A DNA stretch of 64,000 nt from the NCBI GenBank assembly GCA_038087875.1, contig CM075992.1, positions 12,216,001 to 12,280,000 of the forward strand, in the 5' to 3' direction. The notes beneath the pieces are model-generated. The model saw only the letters and a list, made by a program, of their open reading frames with translations. It searched no databases and was not told the origin of the DNA. Below, piece by piece: positions 22,640 through 33,848 of this stretch; the stretch's first letter is position 1, and every line of letters begins with the position of its first letter. Both the position numbers and the translations under genes were made by a program. Source of the stretch: Malacoraja senta. Taxonomy: Eukaryota.

Positions 22640-23190
22640 GAGATTGGTGGGGTCGGTGGGGGCGCTGCAAGCCAGCGCCCTGTCAGCAGCGTGTTAGTTT
22701 TTTTCAAATTTATTTATTTTTTTAGTATGTTTTAAAGTATGTTTTTAATGTTTCTTTGTGTGTCTTGTGTGGGGGGTGGTGGGGGGGGGGGTAATGGGGA
22801 AACCGCTTCGGTCGCCTCTACCATGGAGAGGCAACTTTTTCCATGTCGCCTTCCCCGTGGCCTAACATTGAGGATCAGGCGTCCTTTCCCGGAGACGCGC
22901 CCAGGGCTTCTGCAGCGGGCGCAGCATGGACTCTCGGATTGGAGCGGGCAAGCCCTCGCTGGGGCTCGCCGGAGGGGAGTGCTCTGTTTCGCTGGCCCGC
23001 GGCAGCCGGCAGCCTGAAGCAGCGGTCTGCAGAGTTCCAGCTGGCGCGGCGTCCGCAGCGTGGGGGACCCGGGAGAAAAAGAAGTTTCCACTGCCGGCCT
23101 GCGGCCTACTTCTACCACGGGCCCGGCGTGGACTTACCATCGCCCCTGGAGGGGAGCTTCGACCGCTGGCCCTGCGGTCTGCGATGCTTC
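22640..23190 (+). repeat. Unclassified GC/CpG-rich interspersed repeat
   Basis: Sharp GC-rich block with a T-rich then poly-G head; a similar head appears on the minus strand near 220-345. Confidence 0.5.
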
Positions 23191-24421
23191 TGGCTGTGCA
23201 CGATTGTATGGGAAGTTTGTGAACAATATATGTGAGTTACTTTTAAACGGAAGTAACAGAGGTTTTGTGTGGCTTTCAGTTTGAGCCTAGAGAAGCGTTT
23301 ATGTGATAGCACAATTGACATTGCTTGTGCTGCTTTGTCATTCTCTATAGTACCATAAGTGGGACAATAAATGTTTGGTTATTCACCCGCTGTTCACTAA
23401 CGCATGGTGTATTTTATATGACCACTGACAGCCTACACTCATTGTAGTGTGCGATGTATATCAGTAAATTATTATGCAAATATTATTCTACTGTATTCCT
23501 AATGGGAGCAGTATTTTTAAGATGATTATGCTTTCAGCAACTGATCTCAGCACAAAAAACACAGTCTTTACTCAATCTGTGGCTCAGTCTCTGGGTCATA
23601 ACTGACATTAAGGTTAGTTTGAAATGGGCATGATTGCGTACATTTGTACAGCATACCCACCAGAGCAGAGATTGGGGGTATCATTAGGTATACAAGTGCA
23701 CTGAGCTTGCTTGTACCTATGATATAAAAGATAGTTTCTTTATTGTTATTAAATAGTCTCAAGATATTGCTGATGGCTCATTAGCAGCCAATAGAATGGA
23801 TAGTTTTCTTTCATCATGCAGCAAGAGGCTTACATAGTGCATGTTAATAAATTAAAACATTTGGTTGAATATGTCTGGATATTTGCTGATAGAATTCTGC
23901 ACAGTGTTGCATGAGATTGTCTAACTCAAAGTCAATTGCGACTATGGTCCGGTTAAGAACAATGGCCATGTATGCAAGTTAGCATCATGGTATTAATAAC
24001 CAATGTTTTTCTACAATTAATGGTTTATCTGTTTAAGTGTTTCACACACAGATTGTGTTACTGCATGAAACTACAGAGCTTTGAAGTCTTCACGTAGTCA
24101 CTCACGTGATTTCGAAATAAAATAGAAAGATTAAACGAGAACTTACCATTTGAAGTTTGATCTTTATTTTATGAGAAGTTTAAGTGAGGGAAAACGTGCG
24201 CTCCACTCCCAACCCTACTTCTCATAAAGATCATTCGGTAATTCTAAGGTCGTTAATCTTTCTATAATTTAAGTTCAGCAACTAGTCTGTGGTTTCATAC
24301 AGCTGCTCTAAAGATTGACGCGCATGCGGCTGGCGGGCTCTTCGCGTATTCCCTCACTTCAACTTCTCATAAAATTATAGATCAAACTTCAAATGGTAAG
24401 TTCTCGTTTAATCTTTCTATT

Positions 24422-25240
24422 TTCTATCCATGTCAGCACTCTACCCCCAATACCATGTGCCCTAATTTTGCCCACTAATCTCCTATGTGGGACCTTATCA
24501 AATGTTTTCTGAAAGTCCAGGTACACTACATCCACTGGCTCTCCCTTGTCCATTTTCCAAGTAACATCATCAAAAAATTCCAGAAGATTAGTCAAGCATG
24601 ATTTCCCCTTTGTAAATCCATGCTGACTCGGACCGATCCTGTTACTGCTATCCAAATGTGCCGCTATTTCATCTTGTATAATTGAATCCAGCATCTTCCC
24701 CACCACCGATGTCAGGCTAACTGGTCTCTAATTCCCTGTTTTCTCTCTCCTGCCTTTTTTAAAAATTGGGATAACTTTAGCTACCCTCCAATCCACAGGA
24801 ACTCATTCTGAATCTATAGAAGATTGGAAAATGATCACCAATGCGTCCACGATTCTAGAGCCACTTCCTTAAGTACCCTGGGATGCAGACCATCGGGCCC
24901 TGGGGATTTATCAGCTTTCAGCCCCATCAGTCTACACAACCCCATTTCCTGCCTAATGTGGATTTCCTTCAGTTCCTCTGCCACCCTAGATCCTCTGGCC
25001 ACTAGTACACCTGGAAGATTGTTTGTGTCCACCTTAGTGAAGACGGATCCAAAGTATCTGTTCCTCATCTGCCATTTCCTTGTTCCCTGTAATAAATTCA
25101 CCTTTTACAGTCTTCAAGGGTCCAACTTTGGTCTTAACTATTTTTTTCCTCTTCGCATACTTAAAGAAGCTTTTATTATCTTCCTTTATATTCTTAGCTA
25201 GCTTACTTCGTACTTCATCTTTTCTCCCCGTATTGCCTTC
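24422..25240 (-). mobile_element. CR1 LINE internal fragment
   Basis: ORFs 24389..24706 and 24835..25101 (KSPGPDGLHPRVL, QHGF..KSC). Confidence 0.9.
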
Positions 25241-25874
25241 TCTTGGTCTTTAAACATTTGGAGATATGCTGAATGTCCTCAGTGTCCTGAGGAAATGGAG
25301 ACAATGATGTGCTCTTTTGTCATAGATTCAATGTACTTGGTCCAGGACAGGTTGTTGGTGAAAATGTCAAAGACTAGAGGCATCATTTGAAGGTGAGAGC
25401 GGGAAAATTTACAGGAGACGTGCGGGGCAAGTTTTTCACACGGAGAGTGGTGGGTCCTGAAACATGCTGCCAGAGGTAGTGGTGGAGGCAGATACGTTAG
25501 TGATATTTAAGGGGCTTTTAGACAGGCACATGTATATGCAGGGAATGGAGGGATATGACTCACCTATAGGCAGAGGCGATTTGTTTAACTTGCATCATGT
25601 TCGGCACAGACATTGTGGGCTGAAAGGTCTGTTCCTTTGCTGTACTGTTCTATGAGCCACCGTCGATGCCGTTGGTGTCATCTCCCAGCACCCTCCGTTG
25701 CTTCGGGCACTGGTTATTGTTTGTGTTATCTGAGCATCATTGCTCCAGATACTGCATCATGACATGGTGATAGATGTCACAGGAATACATGTCAGGGACA
25801 GACAAGAAGCTGTGAGAGATCATCAGTGCACAAAATGTTTTCAGCCACATTTTAAGATTTTGTTTCTACTCCAG

Positions 25875-26027
25875 ATGTCAATGAGTGTGAGGACGACCCA
25901 AACATCTGTGGGCCAGATGCAACGTGTGTCAACACTCTGGGAAGTTATCAGTGCACCTGTAAGGACGGATTTGTCCTCAACACTGGACGCATTACATTCA
26001 CTGATAAAACAGTATCCCGGTGTCAAG
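25875..26027 (+). CDS. Internal exon encoding a calcium-binding EGF-like domain, ADGRE (CD97/EMR)- or ADGRL4-like adhesion GPCR
   Basis: Acceptor TTTCTACTCCAG, donor G|GTAAC, 153 bp, phase 1-1; translates DVNECEDDPNICGPDATCVNTLGSYQCTCKDGFVLNTGRITFTDKTVSRCQ (6 Cys, D-x-N-E-C and C-x-N-x4-Y-x-C consensus, long C5-C6 loop as in EGF-TM7 receptors). Not present in the ORF track in this frame. Confidence 0.9.
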
Positions 26028-26313
26028 GTAACGACTGTGGTAGAAACAAGGATCTGGTTTACAAAATGGATGTAAAGTGCTGCAGTAACTCAGTGGGTCA
26101 GGCAGTATCGCTGAAGACATGGAAAGACATTTTGGGTCAGGGCCCTTCTTCAGATTTCTGTGAGGTTGCAAATCCAAACCTTTCACCTTTCTTACAGTAA
26201 ATAATTGAAGTTGCACAATGTGGAGAATTCACAAAGGACCAGCCTGTCAGTTGGTTTCATATTGTTCCTACATTACTGTAGAACAAAACAAATTACACAG
26301 CTGTTTAAGAAAG

Positions 26314-29300
26314 AATAGTAAGATTAAACGAGAACTTACCTAAGTTTGAAGTTTGATCTTTATTTTATGAGGAGTTACGTAGGTGATTACGTGAAGAAGC
26401 CCGTCAGTGCGCCTGCGCGTCAATCTTCAAAGCAGCGGTGTGAAATCACAAAAAACAAGAACCGAAGTAATATAGTCTCATACTAAAACGAGTAATACAA
26501 GAACTTCCATCTGACCTTTATGATAGAGGGTAGGGTCGTGGCGGGCACGTAATCACCTACGTAACTCCTCATAAAATAAAGATCAAACTTCAAACTTAGG
26601 TAAGTTCTCGTTTAATCTTACTATTTTACTTCGGAGTCACGTGAGTGACTACGTGAAGATTTTAAAGCTTTGTGATTTCATGCTGTGGATCAATCCCGGC
26701 TTCTCACTGCATAGATTGACTCGGAACGAGAATAATCAATCATGCATTCATAATAACATTTGTACCACAAATGCAGTAATTCATTTCAAGAATGAAATGA
26801 ATCAGATCCCCTTTAAACCAGAGGAATTTACACAGAACTTAAAATAGTTTCTGCAAACAATCCCGCATTAACAATAGGCCGATGGTAAAAATGTTGAAAC
26901 ATCAACTCATTGGACCACCCGGCGGCTGCGAGGATATGGTCGACGGGCCCGTCTTTTGCCCTGGCCGCCGACATTTCTGCTGCCCTAGTCGAGTGAGACG
27001 TAAAAACATAAGTGTTAATACCAGCAGCTGTTAAGACTTCTTTTATCCATCTGGAAATAGTCTGTATTGAAACTCTCTTGTGTGGTTTCTTGTGTGTGAT
27101 CAAAAACCCAGTTTCCGTATTCTCAAATTCTTTGTGACCTCAATGTATTGTAATAAATATGTCTTAATACAAAGACCTGGATCATTTGGATATGCTGCCA
27201 GCATAATTTTAAATCCTGTCACACCTGGCCTAATTTGCTTTATTAGGTCATAGATATAGAATGTAACCTTGTCTTCAGTTACTTCCATACTATCTATTTG
27301 TAATTTTCCAAGTGTTTGCACTCGTTGTGCTGTCACTCGTGCCATAAACATGAATACTTTCATACTGAGCTTGACCAAAGGTAAAGACACACTTGATAAC
27401 CATCACAAAGTAGTTTCAGTACCACACTTACATCCCAGATTGTCACGTACCTAGGTTTCGGTGGTTTGGAATTAAAGATTCCTTTCATTATTCTGGAAAC
27501 AATTGGGTGTGACCCAATTGAGTTTCTTTCTGAATCCAGAACCAAATATGAGGACAATGCACTTCTGGCTGAATTAATTACACTACAACTCAGACCTTCA
27601 TCATAATAAAGTTTTGACAGAAATTCTAAACATTTGAAATATCTGCAGTACTTTATTGCACATTCTTTTGTACCCAGAACTTTTCCCAATTCTTAATATA
27701 AGAAAGTTACTGTTTTTGAGTGCTCTTCCTCCAGGCTGCCGTAAGCATGTCCACAGTATGCTCAGACAGTCCTCGTCCCAGAAAAGGCATTCTTAAAACC
27801 TGCAAATCAACAAATCCAAACGATCATATAATGGATGTTGTTCCCCTGTACAGGGAGCAGCAATAAATTACTCTTTTTTGGGACTTTCATCAACATTTGT
27901 GTTGTTAATTCTAATATCAACGGATACCATGGCTGTGTAGGCCAATCTGGTACTACCAATACCCTTGAAGCAGCATCTTGCCTGATTTTAAGCAAACATT
28001 GGCTTATGAGGCAGAAAGGTGGAAATATATATGAAAACATACCACCCCAATGTAGCGAGAAAGCATCAATCGCCACTGCTCCTGGATCTGGTTTCCATGA
28101 GACATATCTCGATAGCTGATGATTCAAGTCGATGTCGGTCATTCCAAATCTGATGACTATATCATTGAATACCTCTTGATTCAACATCCATTCTTTATTA
28201 TCATGGAACTTTTCGTGACTTGGTGTCTGCTATCGTTCATTCTACCTGGTAGATAGATAGCTGAAATCCAAATGTTCTTTTCAATACACCAAACCCAAAG
28301 TTGATTAACCATTTTGTCACAAGACACCAACTTAATTCCATATCATTAATATAAACAACTACTGTTGTGTTATCAATTTGAACTTGAACATGCTTATTAG
28401 TTGTGTTAGAACAATAAGCTTGGAGCCCATAGAAACATCCTAGAAGCTCCAAATAGTTAATTCCCCATGTCTGCAGTAACAATGACTCTTCCTGATTCCA
28501 TCTGCCTCCTCAGCTAGATGTTAAGTCAGTTGCACCCCATCCTGGTGCACTGGCATCAGTTTGTAATATCATGGAAGGTTGTTCAATCAGCACTTTGCTG
28601 GAACTGCTTGAGACATGTAGAATCCACCACTGCAGACCAGAAACAGCATTTGTTGTTAGTTGCATGGTTCTATCAAAATGACCAACATGCATTCTCGGTG
28701 CCTGTTCTTTAAGTCTCTGCAGCTGTTGATAATGTAATGGTCCAAATTGGACTGCTGGGAATGCTGCTACTAATTTTCCCAGTACACGAGCCACCTGTCT
28801 AATTGAAGGTTTTTGCTCGTTTAGGAGATTACTGCAATCTTTAATCAAATCCACCCTTTTCCCTGGGCAAAGTGATATTCATTTGGACTGAATCAATTGT
28901 GAACCCCAAATAATTAATAGAGGTACATGGTGTTAACCTAGATTTCTGTGGATGAATTAGAAACCCCAACTTTTCAAAAGTTGATTTCACAACTGCAACA
29001 GATACTTCTGTTGACTGTTTTGTCTTTCCTATAATCAAGACATCATCCAAATATGCCATTAGTACACACCCCTGGCTACTCAGCAAGCCCAGAATTGGTT
29101 TTAACAATTTTTGTGAATATTCTGAATGCAGATATTAACCCATTAGGCAGAGCTTTGAACTGCCACAACTGGTTCATCCATTTAAATTTAAGATATTTCC
29201 TATCTTGTGAATGAACAGACACTGAATAATATGCATCTTTCAAGTCTATAGTTGCCATATAACATGCTTCTGAAATAAGCTGTTTGGCAGTCACAAATGT

Positions 29301-31112
29301 TTCCATTTTAAAATGTCTAAATTGCACAAAAGGATTCAGATTTATCAAATCTACAAGAATCCTACATCCTCCATCCTTTTTTGATCGAGGGAATATTTTT
29401 GACACAAATTGGTGACTTTGGTAGACTGATTTTTTAATAACCCCTTTTTTTTTTAATATAGGGTTTCAATTGCAACCTGAACCTCCATCACTTCTTTTTG
29501 TACAAAGTGCAGAGTTCGGCTAGGAACATGCTGAACAGGCAAATCATAATTTGGATTGAATTCAATTCAAAATCCTTGTATATTATTCAGGATTACCACA
29601 TCTGAAGTAATTTTCTTCCAATTATTATAGAAGAAATGTAACCTGCCTCCAACTTTTGGAATTAATCCAGTTAGTATGTTCCCATGAGAACCAGGTCCAC
29701 CTACCTCTTGAGTCATTTCAGTACCCTGAGATTCCTGGGTTCTCCCGGAAGCACGCCCACTGGTTCTTGCTCCCGCTGCAGGCCGCCAACTACGTCCCTG
29801 CGTTGATGAGCGACTTGGTCCAGGATCCGTATGACGTCTGAAAAGATACTTCCTCTTTACAGACTTCACAACCATTGATGTCTTCATCAATCCTGTTTTC
29901 GCTTCATCTTCCAACTCTTTAATACGTCTCCCGAGATCTCTCCAAAGAGTAAGTTGGGTAATTTGTATATTACTTGGTTTGCAGAGTGCTGCGAATTTCG
30001 GATTCATAGTAGACCGTATAGCACTTCTCGAAGTGGGTGCTGCATAGCAACCCCAGTGCTTGCTGATGCAACTTCGTCATCTTTTGGTTGTTACCTGCTA
30101 TTCTGGTAAAAGCAGTTATTTCAGAACCCAGCAGCTTTAATATTCTCTGCAACTGATTCCAGATACTCTTGCAGTCTCATCCATTTCATGCTGTTCCAGC
30201 TAATGGTAAACCAAGTAATTTATTAAGGAGGCCAGTTCTTCCTAATGGCTCTCCTGACCCTGACGGGGCAGCGAATCCTACTACCAGGGTTGGAACATCT
30301 GGCAGCTGCCTTTCATCGCCTTGTACAGCCTCACCGTCAGAGTCGGGGTCTGAAATCTCATGACCCGTAGCACGCTCCTCATTCCTGAGGGTGCATTCCA
30401 TCAGCCCTGAGCCAGGTGCTGTTAAGCTGCTCCTGCAGCTTGGATTACAGTACACTCCTTCCTGAGTGAACTTTTGCTCCAACAACCTATGAAAAATGCT
30501 TCTATTTGGGCAATACGCTCGAAAGCAGTATCTAGCCCTGTACCAGGAGCTGTTTGAGCTGTTTCCAGCAGCTTGGCTTTCAGAACACTCCTCACTGAGT
30601 GAACGTTGCTCCAACAGCCTGTGTAAAAGGCTTTCTATTTGGGCAATACGCTCTAAAGCAGTATCTAGCCCTGGAGCTTCTTCATTGCCTGGGACTCCCT
30701 CCGTTGGGATTTAAACTTTGTCTTTTGCCCGACAGGCACTGACTGTGTTTTCACCAGCCCCCAGGTCCACAGTCGCTATGCTCACCGCTGGCGACTGTAC
30801 CGGGGTTTAGAGGCGGTTGGTCTCTAACCGCGGACTCCCGACTTTCCCGACTTCTGTCGGCTATGTCGCTCGCCTCTTCCCCCTGTCCGTTTTTTCCCAT
30901 GGCGTCTGTGGAAAAAATCACCATAGACCCACAGTAAACGGACCTGGAAAACCTGTAAAAAAGTTTTTACTTACCTTGTAGTTGAAAAACTACAAACCAC
31001 TCGAGGAGCACTGCTCCTCACGTCCGTTTGCGTCAAGGCGTCTGACGTAATGACGCGCAGGCGCACTGACGGGCTTCTTCACGTAGTCACTCACGTGACT
31101 CCGAAGTAAAAT
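26314..31112 (-). mobile_element. Full-length DIRS1-type retrotransposon copy B (ORFs frameshifted)
   Basis: Both termini intact with ATT; ICR 26547-26659; RT (YLDD, 28841..29107), RNase H (QTDAS), methyltransferase-like (YIFPPF, 27807..28187), YR (HSTRAA, AGWS, 26828..27103). Confidence 0.95.
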
Positions 31113-31117
31113 TGCAT

Positions 31118-31372
31118 ATGCTGGTAAATCGGAGGTAGACACAAAATGCTGGAGAAACTCAGAGGGTGAGGCAGCATTTATGGAGAGAAGTAATTGGTGA
31201 TGTTTCGGGTCGAGACCCTTCTTCAGACTGATGTCAGGGGAGGAGGTAGGACAAAGAAAGAAAGTGGGTGGAGACAGTGGGACTAGTGGGAGGACAGGGA
31301 AGGGGAGGGGAAGGAGAGAGAGCAAGGGCTACCTGCAGTTAGAGAAGTTATGGTTCATTCCGCTGGGGTGTA
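31118..31372 (-). mobile_element. Penelope-like 3' fragment with hammerhead motif
   Basis: Reverse complement CTGAAGAAGGGTCTCGACCCGAAACATC; same family as 2418-2890. Confidence 0.7.
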
Positions 31373-31718
31373 GAATACACATTCTGGAAAGGTTCAGAGG
31401 GACACGGGTCAAATGTACATTAATGGGACTAGCTTCGATGGGGCAACTTGGTCAGCGTGAACAAATTGGGCCATAGTGCCTGTTTTTTAGACTAGAGATA
31501 CAGCATGGACACGGGTCCTTCGACCTACCAAGTCCCCACTGAACAGCATTTCTATACTTGTACATTGGATGGAAGGAGGGAGATGATTGCAAATGAGTAA
31601 GAGAATATGCAATAAATTGAAGGATATAGAGTGGTGTAGAGGAATGGTTAGAGTGCATGTTCACAGGTGCTTAAAGGTTGATCAAGTGGTGATAAAGGCA
31701 CTGTCTCTATCCCAACAG

Positions 31719-31844
31719 GATATTGTTTCATTTGCTGATGTTTCCACCACGAGTTTGATTAAGCTTTGCAAGATAAGTTCAACAGAATTCTTCAAGTTGG
31801 TTTCCAATTTCCTGAAAGGCATGGAAAAGTATTCAATTGCTGTC
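31719..31844 (+). pseudogene. Probable ADGRE-like GAIN-domain (helical subdomain A) exon, running into the 48-bp repeat
   Basis: Acceptor TCTCTATCCCAACAG, phase 0; DIVSFADVSTTSLIKLCKISSTEFFKLVSNFLKGMEKYSIAV is amphipathic-helical and aligns without gaps by eye to the CD97 segment NVIKLVD...IATQLLSNLEDIMRIL as I recall it; same strand and downstream of the EGF exon. Confidence 0.5.
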
Positions 31845-32466
31845 CATTTCAAGCAGTGTGTAAAGCCACCAAATTCAAATGCTGTCTCGTACCATTTCAA
31901 GCAGGGTGCAAGGCCACCAAATTCAAATGCAGTCTCGTACCATTTCAAGCAGTCTGCAAGGCCACCAAATTCAAATGCTGTCTCGTACCATTTCAAGCAG
32001 GCTGCAAGGCCACCAAATTCAAATGCAGTCTCGTACCATTTCAAGCAGGGTGCAAGGCCACCAAATTCAAATGCAGTCTCGTACCATTTCAAGCAGTCTG
32101 CAAGGCCACCAAATTCAAATGCTGTCTCGTACCATTTCAAGCAGGCTGCAAGGCCACCAAATTCAAATGCAGTCTCGTACCATTTCAAGCAGGGTGCAAG
32201 GCCACCAAATTCAAATGCAGTCTCATACCATTTCGAGCAGGGTGCAAGGCCACCAAATTCAAATGCAGTCTCATACCATTTCGAGCAGGGTGCAAGGCCA
32301 CCAAATTCAAATGCAGTCTCATACCATTTCCAGCAGGGTGCAAGCCCACCAAATTCAAATGCCGTCTCATACCATTTCCAGCAGGGTGCAAGGCCACGAA
32401 ATTCAAATGCAGTCTCATACCTGTCCAGTTCATTGGCTATATTTAAGGCCACCAAATTCAAATGCT
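31831..32466 (+). repeat. 48-bp tandem repeat, block 1 (11 full units plus partials)
   Basis: Unit GGCCACCAAATTCAAATGCAGTCTCGTACCATTTCAAGCAGGGTGCAA = PPNSNAVSYHFKQGAR; GAR-SAR-AAR trimer occurs twice. Confidence 0.97.
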
Positions 32467-33848
32467 CGAAAGAGCCTGAACAAAGGGGATCTCTGATTAT
32501 TAGTAAGTACAGAAGCCTGAGGTATATGATATATTAGCTTGATCCAAGAAATAAATTTTGGACCAATCTTAAATTTTTCAAGTATATTGAATAAGTATTC
32601 CCATTTTACTTCGGAGTCACGTGAATGACTACGTGAAGGCCGTGAAGGCCGCCAACACGCATGCGCGTCAATACGTCTGACGCATTGCGCAATGCCTGAC
32701 TGGTGGGCACGTGATTTCTGCCAGCGGTAAGTTTAAGACCGCGGGCCTGAGGTTAGCGGGAGACACCCGATTTCGCCTTCAGGGACGCTAGCACAAGAGC
32801 CAGCGGCTACAGACTTGGTGCAGCCAGAAAGCACCTTGGCTACCCCGCGGGGAAAGAAAACCACTAAAAAGTCTGTTAGGGCCCTGGACTCCGATGAGTC
32901 GGGCCAGGAGGTGGAAATTTCCCTTCCTTCTATTGGCAGCGTTAGTGGCAGGCTGACCCACATGGAGAACCTGGTGGAGAGGTTGCTCCAAAGTGATATC
33001 CACCGAAGGAGGGAGCTATCTGAGCCCGGTATTACGGAGAACCCGAGGCAGCGGCATCTGTGTCAGGGCTGCATAATATCTCCCTCTCGGATGAGGGGAG
33101 CATACGAGGCCAGTGTTATACTGACCCAGAGTACGGAGGCACAGCTGGGCAGCATGCTTCATGGCATGAGGGGCAAACCTCGGGTGTACCCACTATGGCA
33201 TCCAAAGTTGCTATATCTGCCCTAACAGGGGAGCCATTGGGAGAAGACCTCGCTATGAGTATTAATTATCTGACCTCCCATCAACTCCAAGACCAAACTA
33301 TGGAGGAAACCACTGCCAAATATAGTACCCCATTGAACTGTGCCTCATTAAGTATCCCGGTAGTAAACCATTCCATCTGGGGACACATTGGAGCCCAGAT
33401 GGAATGGTCAGAGCCCAAGAGGTTAAACTTCAAAAAGTTCTAAGACTACTTGCTTCAGGCATCACGGCCTTTACCAGGTCAGTGGATGGGGGCCCTCTCT
33501 GATACCCAGCAGGACACAATGGCATTAATGTGCAATGCACATTTTGAAATCAATTGCCTCCATAAGAATGCCATCCGTCCTGCTCTGAACCCAACATTTG
33601 CTGGGCTGTGCAAGCCGGGGAATGTCCAAACCCCTAACCTCCTGTTCAGAGAAGACTTGCCTAAGCAGGTAAAGGAGCTGGATGAGGAGGCTAAAACCGT
33701 CGGCCTTATTTAAGCACCTCCCAAGGTCTCATCTTTCCGGCGACAGTATCCCTACCCTCCTTTCCACACCAGAGGGTTCGCCGGATATGGTGGACGTTCC
33801 GTACAGCCATTTTTAGGGCAGGGCCAAGGCCATGTTCAAGATGCGGGG

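Larger units (their letters stand above)
17239..24421 (+). mobile_element. Decayed DIRS family D, copy 2 (hosts CR1, L1 and a GC-rich insert)
   Basis: ICR ~24088-24198 and right ITR ending in ATT at 24419-24421; degenerate YR-like sequence 23230-23950; ORF1-like repeats 19850-20210. Confidence 0.75.

Noticed and set aside
22640..23190. CpG-island promoters or GC-rich ORFs here and at 4680-5000 and 51800-52360
   Set aside because: Sharp boundaries and shared heads or tails indicate interspersed repeats; ORFs in all frames reflect GC content
26204..26251. Possible short Cys-containing exon (IIEVAQCGEFTKDQP) after the EGF exon
   Set aside because: Good acceptor, but the required phase-1 frame hits TGA within four codons; could be a frameshifted relic but cannot be supported
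31587..31718. Possible extra exon (MSKRICNKLKDIEWCRGM) before the candidate GAIN exon
   Set aside because: No recognisable acceptor, only a weak donor, and no homology I can identify
31831..32466. CRISPR-like array
   Set aside because: Units are head-to-tail 48-mers with no unique spacers; eukaryotic context and no cas genes
31682..32496. Long ORFs in several other frames across the 48-bp repeat
   Set aside because: A stop-poor unit whose length is divisible by three opens many frames; only the frame continuous with the candidate exon has independent support
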